Source of the DNA: a virus
IMG/VR virus record: IMGVR_UViG_3300047200_000500
Coordinates: 1-64,000 of that record
Length of the DNA stretch: 64,000 bases
Strand: one strand, 5' to 3'
Shown: positions 10,030 to 19,014 of the stretch, piece after piece
How positions within the stretch are numbered: position 1 is the stretch's first letter
How the letters are laid out: the number at the start of each line of letters is the position of its first letter
Made by a program: the position numbers and the translations under genes
The notes under the pieces: generated by a model
What the model saw: the letters and a program-made list of their open reading frames with translations, nothing else
Told to the model about the DNA's origin: nothing
The model's database searches: none

Positions 10030-10334
10030 ATAAGTTTATTTCCTTTAAATAAAATACGGGCATGCAGATGATCCAATTCTTTAACAAAACCATCTTTTAA
10101 AAATAATGGATGTTTTGTATCAACGCACATTACAGAATCACCTATTTTAAAATTCGGCAAAATAACTTCAAGAAAATTGTGAAACGGTACACCAACAGAA
10201 CAAATATCATCGCTTGTTGCTAATGAATGGTTAAATCTGTAAATGTTACCACAATTAGAACAATTAAATATTATATGTTCTGATGTAACTTCACTTTCTT
10301 TTTCATTAAAATGTTTACAATATGGACAATACAT
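9990..10334 (-). CDS. hypothetical protein, Zn ribbon plus SH3/KOW-like domain
   Basis: CPYC...CSNC, FKIGDSV. Confidence 0.55.
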   Translation of the reverse strand: MYCPYCKHFNEKESEVTSEHIIFNCSNCGNIYRFNHSLATSDDICSVGVPFHNFLEVILPNFKIGDSVMCVDTKHPLFLKDGFVKELDHLHARILFKGNKLIWMNQNVIAKIPS

Positions 10335-10335
10335 G

Positions 10336-10971
10336 TCATAATTTAGAAGCGTGCATTGAAAACATTACATTGTTTAATAACGAAATGTTTTCTGGCGCTG
10401 CCTCAAGTTTAATTTTAGCTTGAGTCATACCAATCCCTTCTCTAATTAAATTACCAACTTCTAATCTATTTTCAAACGTAACATTGACCGGAGTTACAAT
10501 TCTAATTAAATCAAATTTGATATCTTTATAACTTTCTTTAATTGCTTTGATACAATTTTCTATATGCTTGGTTCCATATGCAGTGTTAATAATCCATCTA
10601 ATAGCCATTGCTTGATTGTATTGCTTCAAGAAATTACTTACAGATTTCATCTCATTCATTAATTCTGTGTAATTTTTATTTTTAGAAAGACCTATTTCAC
10701 ACCCATTAATGTTGCCATAATTTATTTTATGCATCATTTTATTAAGGCCAAAAGTTAAGCCAAGCAAATCAATTTCAACCATGATACTATATTTAGAATT
10801 TAATCTTGTCCTCATCAAAGCAATTAAGTCACAAAATTCTGGTGATACAATTATTGCCGGGCATTTATATTTTGTGGCAAGTAAATCAATTTTAGTAATA
10901 TCTGGAAAACTTCTTTCTGGAGTTAAAATATATGGTTCAACTTTTACTGATTTATCAAGAGTTAATGGCAT
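10336..10971 (-). CDS. degenerate DeoC-like TIM-barrel protein
   Basis: Spacing of PAIIVSPEF / GCEIG / IRWIINT / FDLIRI / KIKLEA follows the DeoC strand pattern; Schiff-base Lys appears to be Arg. Confidence 0.4.
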   Translation of the reverse strand: MPLTLDKSVKVEPYILTPERSFPDITKIDLLATKYKCPAIIVSPEFCDLIALMRTRLNSKYSIMVEIDLLGLTFGLNKMMHKINYGNINGCEIGLSKNKNYTELMNEMKSVSNFLKQYNQAMAIRWIINTAYGTKHIENCIKAIKESYKDIKFDLIRIVTPVNVTFENRLEVGNLIREGIGMTQAKIKLEAAPENISLLNNVMFSMHASKL

Positions 10972-11016
10972 GGTTTATCCACTTGTTGTTTAAGAATATC
11001 CAGGACAAATTATCTA

Positions 11017-11580
11017 CTATGCTGGCCAATTATTGGGTAAGAATATCCATTTTAACTTATTTGGTTCGATTATTCCTGAATGTATTTTTATCAAATATTC
11101 TGTTAAATCATTCATTGGGCCAAAAAATGTTGTATTTATTTCAAATTGATCACCGAACTGTACTAATCTCCACATCGAATCTATTTTATCTTTATCATCA
11201 GTAAAAAACAAAACTGGTTTATTTTGATCACTGGCCTTCGCTAATTCATGAAAAGTACCAACAGTAGGGCCACCTATTTTACAAATTACAAAATCACAAG
11301 CCGAAACCAATCTTAAACAAACATTTTTTATTGAATTATTCCTGTCGAAAATATGTGATACTTTAGTTACTGCAAGATTATCAAAATTGTTATTAATGTA
11401 GTTTCTGTCAGCTTTTTGATCATCACCAGTAACACTAGACATCCAAGATGGTTTAATTAATGGATCCCATACTTTAATACCAAGTTTTTTAAGTTTTGGA
11501 GTTATTTTAACTCTCCAATCATCATCATGGTTCTCGATTGGTCCTGCCAAGTACGCCTTAGTATTGTTTAATAAATTCAT
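11017..11580 (-). CDS. nucleoside 2'-deoxyribosyltransferase / dNMP N-glycosidase superfamily protein
   Basis: YLAGPI...WR...VWDP...CDFVI...GTFHEL...KPV. Confidence 0.75.
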   Translation of the reverse strand: MNLLNNTKAYLAGPIENHDDDWRVKITPKLKKLGIKVWDPLIKPSWMSSVTGDDQKADRNYINNNFDNLAVTKVSHIFDRNNSIKNVCLRLVSACDFVICKIGGPTVGTFHELAKASDQNKPVLFFTDDKDKIDSMWRLVQFGDQFEINTTFFGPMNDLTEYLIKIHSGIIEPNKLKWIFLPNNWPA

Positions 11581-11600
11581 GTTTTATAAAATACAGCCTA

Positions 11601-12530
11601 TCATTTAGATAAATCTAAAATTTTTTGGATTGCATCTTTGTGGTCCCATTTATTGAATTTTTCTACAAAAGAAAATGGATTATAACTTGAACAGAAATAA
11701 AATTTCTTCCTCATTTCTTCTGATAAAATAGTTGCAGCGTGATTATAATGATTTGCTTCATATGTAAATCTTTGGATTCTTATTTCAGTATCAACATCTG
11801 GATTAAAACCATTTCCATAATGATGAGTTTTCCCATTGACAGCACACATATCTATACCAAATATAAATATCTTATCAAAATTCATAAATAATGCTGTTTG
11901 CATATTGGCATAAACACTACTCCTTCCTATATAATATCCATTAGTAATATCAATATTAAAACCTTGTCCTTGTATCGCCTTTATTAAAATCTGGTTTGAT
12001 CTTCTTGCTCTTACTCCTATACTATTTATCAATAATCCATTATATGATTCAAATTCTAATTTGTTCCTTTCATATTGACTTTGGTCACAAAATGCCCAAT
12101 AATCAGTTGGCCATATATAACTTATAGGTTTGTTTATTACCATTGTTCTGATATTTTTACCATTTTTTAAAGGTGAAAAATCAACTTCATTCGCAGACGG
12201 ACCACAAGCTATCATCACAAGTATTTGTCCAGTTCCAGAGTTTTTTAAACTCATTAACCTATTATAGTCTGCATCTCTAGTTATTGGGTTTTGTTGACTT
12301 CTGTTTACTTGTCTTATTGTTTTGTTGCTTACAAGTGGTTTATTTATTGGTTTGTGATTATTATTTACAAGAATTCTTGTTTGCGGTAACTGTTTTACAA
12401 ATAATCTAGAATTTTGAAGTTCTCTAGGTGGTTCTAAAACTTTTCCTATTCTTGGAATAGGCGGCTGAACACGTTTTATGATATTTTTGATATCTCTTTG
12501 CCTAACAACTGGAATAATTCTTTTGTTCAT
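11601..12530 (-). CDS. Maf/MptE-like (GT29-like fold) putative sugar transferase with basic low-complexity N-terminus
   Basis: IACGPS, VINK, FCD, SSVYANMQTALFMNFDKIFIFGIDM, HHY. Confidence 0.6.
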   Translation of the reverse strand: MNKRIIPVVRQRDIKNIIKRVQPPIPRIGKVLEPPRELQNSRLFVKQLPQTRILVNNNHKPINKPLVSNKTIRQVNRSQQNPITRDADYNRLMSLKNSGTGQILVMIACGPSANEVDFSPLKNGKNIRTMVINKPISYIWPTDYWAFCDQSQYERNKLEFESYNGLLINSIGVRARRSNQILIKAIQGQGFNIDITNGYYIGRSSVYANMQTALFMNFDKIFIFGIDMCAVNGKTHHYGNGFNPDVDTEIRIQRFTYEANHYNHAATILSEEMRKKFYFCSSYNPFSFVEKFNKWDHKDAIQKILDLSK

Positions 12531-12543
12531 TCTATATCTTTGT

Positions 12544-13002
12544 TCAATCAGAAGAATTTACGCCATCAGAATGATCATAAAAATTTGAGATATGGCTAAG
12601 CAATTCCGGGGCTTTCTCTTGAACTACTTGACGAACGAATGCGGAGTGATTCTTTTTTCTTCTTTTATCACTGTTTTTGAAAGAACAGAGAAGTCTTTGA
12701 ACAGTTGTAGTGACCAAGTTAAACACAGGACTACCACCTTGACAACTAGGCTTAAACTTCAACCTTCCAGTTCTAATCTTTTCAAAAAGTTTAGTGACAG
12801 CTTCGTTAGCAAGATTGCAATGTTCTTCATCATCTTTCGGCCTGAAATTTTTAGAGATACCTAAACAAATAAGATATAACATTTCTGACATGTGCTTCCA
12901 GTTTCGGTCATCACCAGTGTCCCTCCACCCAGCCCACCACTCTTCTAACTCTTTGGAATTAACATAAAATTTTGTTGGCTTCTTCGGCTTAATCAGTTTC
13001 AT
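12544..13002 (-). CDS. T4 gp55-like late sigma factor
   Basis: FYVNSKEL, EMLYLIC..IS, FKP...PVFNLVT pattern; region 2 only; start MKLIK at 13002 with GTATTTAA 13 nt upstream. Confidence 0.65.
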   Translation of the reverse strand: MKLIKPKKPTKFYVNSKELEEWWAGWRDTGDDRNWKHMSEMLYLICLGISKNFRPKDDEEHCNLANEAVTKLFEKIRTGRLKFKPSCQGGSPVFNLVTTTVQRLLCSFKNSDKRRKKNHSAFVRQVVQEKAPELLSHISNFYDHSDGVNSSD

Positions 13003-13024
13003 TAACCTTAAATACAGGACAAAT

Positions 13025-14212
13025 ATGAGCAGCAGTGTCGGAATGCAAATGCCAGGGTTGTATCTTCGTGGTTCATTAAAAAGAACTATGAGAGATGTAG
13101 ACCCAGAAATGAAAGCAGAAGTCGAAGAAATTATTAGCATGGTTTATAGTGATCCACAGTTGCAAGCATGTAAAATTCAATTTAAAAATGCTTTAAGAAA
13201 TACTATCGGCGGTGACTACAGATCGGATCAAGAGTCTGCTGATCAAGAATTTTTAGTAGCAGTATGGAGAGCAGCTGTTGCAGCAAAATGTGGATGGGGC
13301 AAACATCCAGCATCACAATCAACAATTGATGACAAAATACAAAGAAAGAAATTTTTTCAAACCTGGGTTTTTAACTATTTGAGACAAATGTTGTTAGAGA
13401 ACAAACCAGCAATTCAAAAAATTGAAACATATGATAATATACCAACGTACGAACATGTAAAAAACGAAATAATTCAATCTCTAGATGGTCATCAAAGAAT
13501 TATAAAAGAATATACATATGGTGAATGTGAAATATCAGTAAACACTAATATATTACCTACTTCAATAATAGCAAAACTGAATGTTCTAAGTGAACATTAT
13601 TGTGACAAAAATATCGACATTACTATTAACGATGATAAAATATTAGTCCTATCATCGTTTGAAATATTAAAAAAGAAATTAATAGAATTGTTAAATCCTA
13701 AGATAGATTATGATTCTGTTGTGAAATTCAGTGTAAGTGTCGATTTAAATCTTGTTTCAACTGAAATAATAAAATCAATGAACGAATTATTAAATAAGTA
13801 TTTTACTAAATTAGGCATAAAAATTACAAATAATTCAATTGAAATAGATAATTATGATAACGCAATATGTCAAAAGAAAGTTATCAAATCAAGTAGAGTT
13901 ATCATCAAATCAGTTCATAGGAATGACAACGATGAAGAAAATTGCATTCCGGAGATTGCCGATATGAATCCGGAAGAATTTAAGGACCCAGATACTATTA
14001 AAGTGTTTTATGAAAGTCTTTCAGATGATGCTAAAAAAATTGTTGATGTTATTATTAATCAACCAGATGAATATGAAGAAACATTTAAAACAAAGAAACC
14101 TGTACAGAAATATATTAGTGAATATCTTGGTTTTGAGCTAAATTATACTAAGCAATTATATTCAGAAATGAGAATAAAATATGTTAATTTAATTGGAAGA
14201 TCAAAAGATTAA
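13025..14212 (+). CDS. sigma70-family-like factor (region 2, duplicated insert, region 4 HTH)
   Basis: DQEFLVAVWRA...FFQTWVFNYLRQML; C-terminal SLSDDAKKIV...ISEYLG. Confidence 0.55.
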   Translation: MSSSVGMQMPGLYLRGSLKRTMRDVDPEMKAEVEEIISMVYSDPQLQACKIQFKNALRNTIGGDYRSDQESADQEFLVAVWRAAVAAKCGWGKHPASQSTIDDKIQRKKFFQTWVFNYLRQMLLENKPAIQKIETYDNIPTYEHVKNEIIQSLDGHQRIIKEYTYGECEISVNTNILPTSIIAKLNVLSEHYCDKNIDITINDDKILVLSSFEILKKKLIELLNPKIDYDSVVKFSVSVDLNLVSTEIIKSMNELLNKYFTKLGIKITNNSIEIDNYDNAICQKKVIKSSRVIIKSVHRNDNDEENCIPEIADMNPEEFKDPDTIKVFYESLSDDAKKIVDVIINQPDEYEETFKTKKPVQKYISEYLGFELNYTKQLYSEMRIKYVNLIGRSKD

Positions 14213-14670
14213 TACTTACCCATTAGTGGAGTTGTACTCATTTTTTGTCCAGATTTTTTATTAATATCATAAATGTTCGATGAATCGCCAATAAAATCAA
14301 CTATAACATCGATAATCTTTTTAATAGAAATCGGCCCATTAAAATCTTTTATTACATTTCTATTGTTTTGAATATCTGTAAAATTTTTGTGATCGGTATA
14401 TCCTAAGAAAATTCTTTTATTACCAAGTATGAACATATTCCATGCAACTTTAATAGTATTATCAATCAAGTCTATATCTTCTATGTTATATGCAACTTCT
14501 ATTGTTTTATTTGAAAAAGATTGTTCATTTAAATCTTGTAAAGATGGTGGATAAGCACATATTTCGAATGTCTTATCATACCCTTTATCATTGAAATATT
14601 TAACTAATGATCTACGGAGATATTCTCTCTGTAATATCCTAGTGATATCATCTTTGACTTTTTTATTCAT
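14209..14670 (-). CDS. hypothetical protein
   Basis: ORF coupled to the sbcC-like gene. Confidence 0.6.
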   Translation of the reverse strand: MNKKVKDDITRILQREYLRRSLVKYFNDKGYDKTFEICAYPPSLQDLNEQSFSNKTIEVAYNIEDIDLIDNTIKVAWNMFILGNKRIFLGYTDHKNFTDIQNNRNVIKDFNGPISIKKIIDVIVDFIGDSSNIYDINKKSGQKMSTTPLMGKY

Positions 14671-16906
14671 TAACAATGTATGAGTTCCCACCTTTATTTT
14701 TTACTTTAATCTGGTGTGGAAATTTATCTCTCATTATTTCTTTATGAGAAATTATAAATATATTGGTCAACCCACTATTTCTCTTAATAATGTCATCATT
14801 TAATAAAGTGACCAATCTATTAGTAGTAAATGGGTCTATTCTCCCATCAACTTCGTCTAATACCATCAAATTACATTGTGGTCCGAATACACTAGCATGT
14901 AAGTCGTTTAATGCGAACATAATACTTAAATCGATTCTCTTTTTTTCTCCTCCAGAATGAGTTTTGTATCCCCATCTGTCTATTTTAACATTTAAAAATT
15001 CGTCGAATTCAACTTTATCTTCTATTTCAAATGTGTCAAAGTAATATTTAATAAATTTATTAAATGTTGGGATTATTTCACTAATCCAGAATGCCCTCAT
15101 TTTCTTTTTATTATAATAACTATCTCTTATATAATCAACATGCATCTTTAATTTTCTTTGCTTATTTAATTCATCCTGTTGCTTTGATATATCAATTGTA
15201 ATATCATTAAGATTTGATTTTTTACCAGAAACTAATGATTCATATGGGTTTTCCGAATTTTTTATTTCGTTAATCCTGATTTGTATTTTTAATATTTCTT
15301 CTTTAATTCTAGAATTTAATTTAATTATTTCAGATTGTTTTATTTCTATGTCTTTTTTAAAATTATTATATTCATTTAATTGGTCTTTTGCTTCCTCAAT
15401 TGTCATTTGTGGTCTTGTTAAATCAACAATTTCTATTGATTTGATCTGATTTTCAATATCCTTAATGCCTGCTGCTAATTTTAATCTAGACTCATTTAAT
15501 GGATTTATTTTTAATTTTATTTCATCAGCTTCTTTGATGTTAAACTTTAATTTATCAACACTAATTTCTGGTTCATCGATTGATTCAAGTTTAATTATTA
15601 TCTCTGAGATTTCAGTTTTCTTATTTTCTAATTGTGACACTGTTGGAATCATTGAATCAATCTTTAAAGTTTTATCATTTATTATTGAGCAAACGTGGTC
15701 ATTAGTAATTTCATGAAAACATTTGGGACATAATTGTTCTTCTTTTATATTAGTAATGTTTTTAATATCATCTCTTAATTTTTGAGTATTAAATTTTAGA
15801 TCACGAACATCATCATTTATTTTTATAATATCATTTCTTAATTCTTTTAGTTTTTCAGACGCTTTGTTGAATTTATCCCATGATCCAATCAACAAATTTT
15901 CATCGATTAATTTAATATTATCTAATTTAGTAGTTAGATCTTTAAGTTCCCACCCAGTATTATTTAGTTTGTTTTCAAATTTTGATTTTAACTGATTTAA
16001 TCCTGTTATTTTAGTTAAATTGGCATCATTTGTTATTTTTGTTTTTTCATATGAATCCCATTGCTGTTTTATTTCATCAATATTCGATAATGTGAAATTT
16101 TTTATTTTACCATTTAATTCATCTATTTGCTTTTTAATATTATCAATTTGTTTATCAATAATAGACTTGTTATTTAACAGTTCTAATTTGATATTATTAA
16201 TTTTTATTGTTTTATTTTCATCAAATTCTTTGGTCTTTAATAATAATCCATTTATTTCATGTTCAAGAGAACTTTTAGAATTGTTTAAACTGCCAATTTT
16301 AGTTTCTAATACAGAAATATCTTCAGTAAGTTTGGAAACTTTATCTTTAGCTGTTAACGCAATTGCATTAAATGATGTTATTTTAATAAATCTTTCAAAA
16401 ATTGTTCTACGTTTTGCATCACTGACATTTAAAAACCCTTCGCTTAATTGACCATAAACTACGCTTACAATGAATGTCCTATAATCAATTTTAAATAAAT
16501 TGTTTAAGAAATCTTGACTAGGTACAGTTGTTGATCTTGTTATATCTTCTCCATTTTTAAGAATTATTAATTCATTACTACCAGCAACCTTTCTAGTACG
16601 AATTATTTCATATCCATCAGTAGTAGTTATTTTAGTTGAACAATTTTTTCCAGTATGCCAATTTACTACACTATCTCCTGGTTTTTCAAGATATGTAAGA
16701 TGACCAAATAAACACCATACAACTGCTTCTATTAGTGAAGACTTGCCGGAACCTATTCTTTTTTCATCACCTGGGTTAGATAAATCGTTTTCTTCAAATT
16801 CACCTAATATTTGTGATATCCCAGCATATTTGCTCAATAAAACTTTTGTTACATAATCACCATATCCAAGAAAATTTTTAAATTCAATTGATTCAATCGA
16901 TATCAT
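14663..16906 (-). CDS. SbcC/Rad50/gp46-like ATPase
   Basis: FKNFL, GSGKSS Walker A, coiled coil with CPKC hook, SGGE signature, LDE, ISH. Confidence 0.92.
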   Translation of the reverse strand: MISIESIEFKNFLGYGDYVTKVLLSKYAGISQILGEFEENDLSNPGDEKRIGSGKSSLIEAVVWCLFGHLTYLEKPGDSVVNWHTGKNCSTKITTTDGYEIIRTRKVAGSNELIILKNGEDITRSTTVPSQDFLNNLFKIDYRTFIVSVVYGQLSEGFLNVSDAKRRTIFERFIKITSFNAIALTAKDKVSKLTEDISVLETKIGSLNNSKSSLEHEINGLLLKTKEFDENKTIKINNIKLELLNNKSIIDKQIDNIKKQIDELNGKIKNFTLSNIDEIKQQWDSYEKTKITNDANLTKITGLNQLKSKFENKLNNTGWELKDLTTKLDNIKLIDENLLIGSWDKFNKASEKLKELRNDIIKINDDVRDLKFNTQKLRDDIKNITNIKEEQLCPKCFHEITNDHVCSIINDKTLKIDSMIPTVSQLENKKTEISEIIIKLESIDEPEISVDKLKFNIKEADEIKLKINPLNESRLKLAAGIKDIENQIKSIEIVDLTRPQMTIEEAKDQLNEYNNFKKDIEIKQSEIIKLNSRIKEEILKIQIRINEIKNSENPYESLVSGKKSNLNDITIDISKQQDELNKQRKLKMHVDYIRDSYYNKKKMRAFWISEIIPTFNKFIKYYFDTFEIEDKVEFDEFLNVKIDRWGYKTHSGGEKKRIDLSIMFALNDLHASVFGPQCNLMVLDEVDGRIDPFTTNRLVTLLNDDIIKRNSGLTNIFIISHKEIMRDKFPHQIKVKNKGGNSYIVNE

Positions 16907-17942
16907 CTTCTTCCTCTATTTTAGTCTGTGATCTTATGTCTTTTTCTAGAAGCAATAAAACATTTTTATCTAGTCCTTCTGGTTTGTCATAATCTATCCA
17001 TGATTCAAATATGTCTTTACCTTCTTTCATTATTGAATTTTTGTCAATTTTTATTATTTTGTCTTTTGGTTTTACTATTATTATTTTTAAAGCCCCAGCA
17101 TCTTTTAATATCTTTTTAATTTCTGACTCGTCCTGGCCTTCTTTTAATAATATTTTTACATTGTTTCCTTTAACATTTTTAATAATAGAATCAACATCAT
17201 CTGATGTTATAAAATCGGGCGGAGACGATGAATCATCATTAGGCAAATCATTAAATTCCACAAACTGATGGTCATTAATCTTTGGGTCATAAACAAAAAA
17301 TCCATGAGTTACTAATCCCTCATCAAATCTGAACGGTATTGGACTACCTGGGACCCAAGATTTTTCACCAACTTTTTGATGACAATGGAAATGTCCAGCG
17401 TATATTCTTGAAAATTTTGTTTTATCGAAATTAACTATACTCCAATTTTGAATTAAGAAACACATATTATAAGTAGCATTAGTAATTCCAACATGTGTCA
17501 GCAAAATATCATCTTCAGAAGCTTTATCATTGACAATATCAATAATTTTCATAAATGTTTGTTCTGATTCTACAAATGGAATGCACCAAAATTTTCTTCC
17601 GCCATATTCAAAATTAGAAACATTCTCTATTAAGTTAATGAATTTTCCAAATGGCTTTAATGCTGTAATTTCCCAATTAAATCTATTAAACATGTCATGA
17701 TTGCCAGGAAATAACACCATTTCAACATTATTATCGCACATTCTTTGAAATAATTCAGTTATAGCATTGCTCACATCATGAGTTAAATATTCTCTATGAT
17801 GTGTTAAATCTCCTAACATAAAAATTTTCTCAATTTTTTCTCTAATACAATAATCAAGCATTTTGTTAAATGCCCATTTTAAATCATCCAGTCTCTCTGG
17901 ATGACCAAAATGCCAATCAGCAGTTATTATTATTTTATTCAC
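16893..17942 (-). CDS. SbcD/Mre11/gp47-like nuclease
   Basis: ADWH, LGD, GNHD, TH, GHFH motifs. Confidence 0.92.
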   Translation of the reverse strand: MNKIIITADWHFGHPERLDDLKWAFNKMLDYCIREKIEKIFMLGDLTHHREYLTHDVSNAITELFQRMCDNNVEMVLFPGNHDMFNRFNWEITALKPFGKFINLIENVSNFEYGGRKFWCIPFVESEQTFMKIIDIVNDKASEDDILLTHVGITNATYNMCFLIQNWSIVNFDKTKFSRIYAGHFHCHQKVGEKSWVPGSPIPFRFDEGLVTHGFFVYDPKINDHQFVEFNDLPNDDSSSPPDFITSDDVDSIIKNVKGNNVKILLKEGQDESEIKKILKDAGALKIIIVKPKDKIIKIDKNSIMKEGKDIFESWIDYDKPEGLDKNVLLLLEKDIRSQTKIEEEDDID

Positions 17943-17945
17943 TCA

Positions 17946-18968
17946 TCATAATATACATGAAGTTGCAGCTTTAGAACGATCGAATTTATTTATCCCTCTG
18001 ATTTCATTATTTCCAATATTAAAAATCCTAAGTTTATTCACAGAATTTTTAATAATATCATCATAAATAACAAAATCAGCAGACATAGGATCAAAACCAT
18101 CAAGGAATATCGTTCTGTATCCCATAACAAATAATATTCTAATACTTGTAATCATACTACTGTAAGCCATTGTTTCATTATGAAAAAAACAATCTTCATA
18201 CCAAAAATTATCATATTGATATTTATTGTTTCTCATAAAATAATAAGTAAAAGGGCTATGAAAATTAAACACTCCATCTGGTCTCAATATTCTGGCATAT
18301 TCTAATGGCATTATTTTAACAGCTGCCGATTTTAATGTTTTGATATTAACACTATCAAATTTTAAGATGATCTTCATCTGTGATTCAAATTCATTATCAA
18401 CAGCTACACAGTGACATCTATTATAAGGTGTTGAACATTTATTTCCAACCAATATTACAGATGATCCCTTGGCATTATCTTCTAAATGAACTTTATGACC
18501 TTCTGCATCCCAAAACATTGGAACCGGAAATTGCACTCTGCCAATCACGAAACTAGTGTTTGGTTCTTTCCCCCATTCTATAGTGTGGAAATCGTTTTTA
18601 TTCTTACCTTTATTTTCAACCCATGATAATTTTAAATTATGCGTTTTATGTGCACCAATAGATGATGTTAATTTGGATAAATCAACATTTTCTTCATTAA
18701 ATTCTGATTTAAGATCTTCTGCCTGGTGTTCTTCCATTTCACCACCAACAGTGTTTTTTTGGCTTTCTTCTTTAATGTTGATTTTTGCAACATTTATTTC
18801 TGTAATATTGTGTTTTACAACATTTTCTGTATTTAAATTTTGAGGTTCTAATATGGTAGGTTTAGGTAACTCTGGTTCTGGATTTTTAAAAATTGGTAAT
18901 AATGGTCTAGCTTTCAACATTCCATTTTCATGTCTATCTTGTATTATTTTACGCCAGTTTTCAGTCAT
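17946..18968 (-). CDS. degenerate Maf/MptE-like fold protein, probable paralog of 11601-12530
   Basis: GSSVILVGN, SSMITSIRILFVMGYRTIFLDGFD; low-complexity N-terminus. Confidence 0.45.
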   Translation of the reverse strand: MTENWRKIIQDRHENGMLKARPLLPIFKNPEPELPKPTILEPQNLNTENVVKHNITEINVAKINIKEESQKNTVGGEMEEHQAEDLKSEFNEENVDLSKLTSSIGAHKTHNLKLSWVENKGKNKNDFHTIEWGKEPNTSFVIGRVQFPVPMFWDAEGHKVHLEDNAKGSSVILVGNKCSTPYNRCHCVAVDNEFESQMKIILKFDSVNIKTLKSAAVKIMPLEYARILRPDGVFNFHSPFTYYFMRNNKYQYDNFWYEDCFFHNETMAYSSMITSIRILFVMGYRTIFLDGFDPMSADFVIYDDIIKNSVNKLRIFNIGNNEIRGINKFDRSKAATSCIL

Positions 18969-19014
18969 ATTTTAACTACTATTTAAAATAAACATAAACA
19001 GGATATAAAACTAA

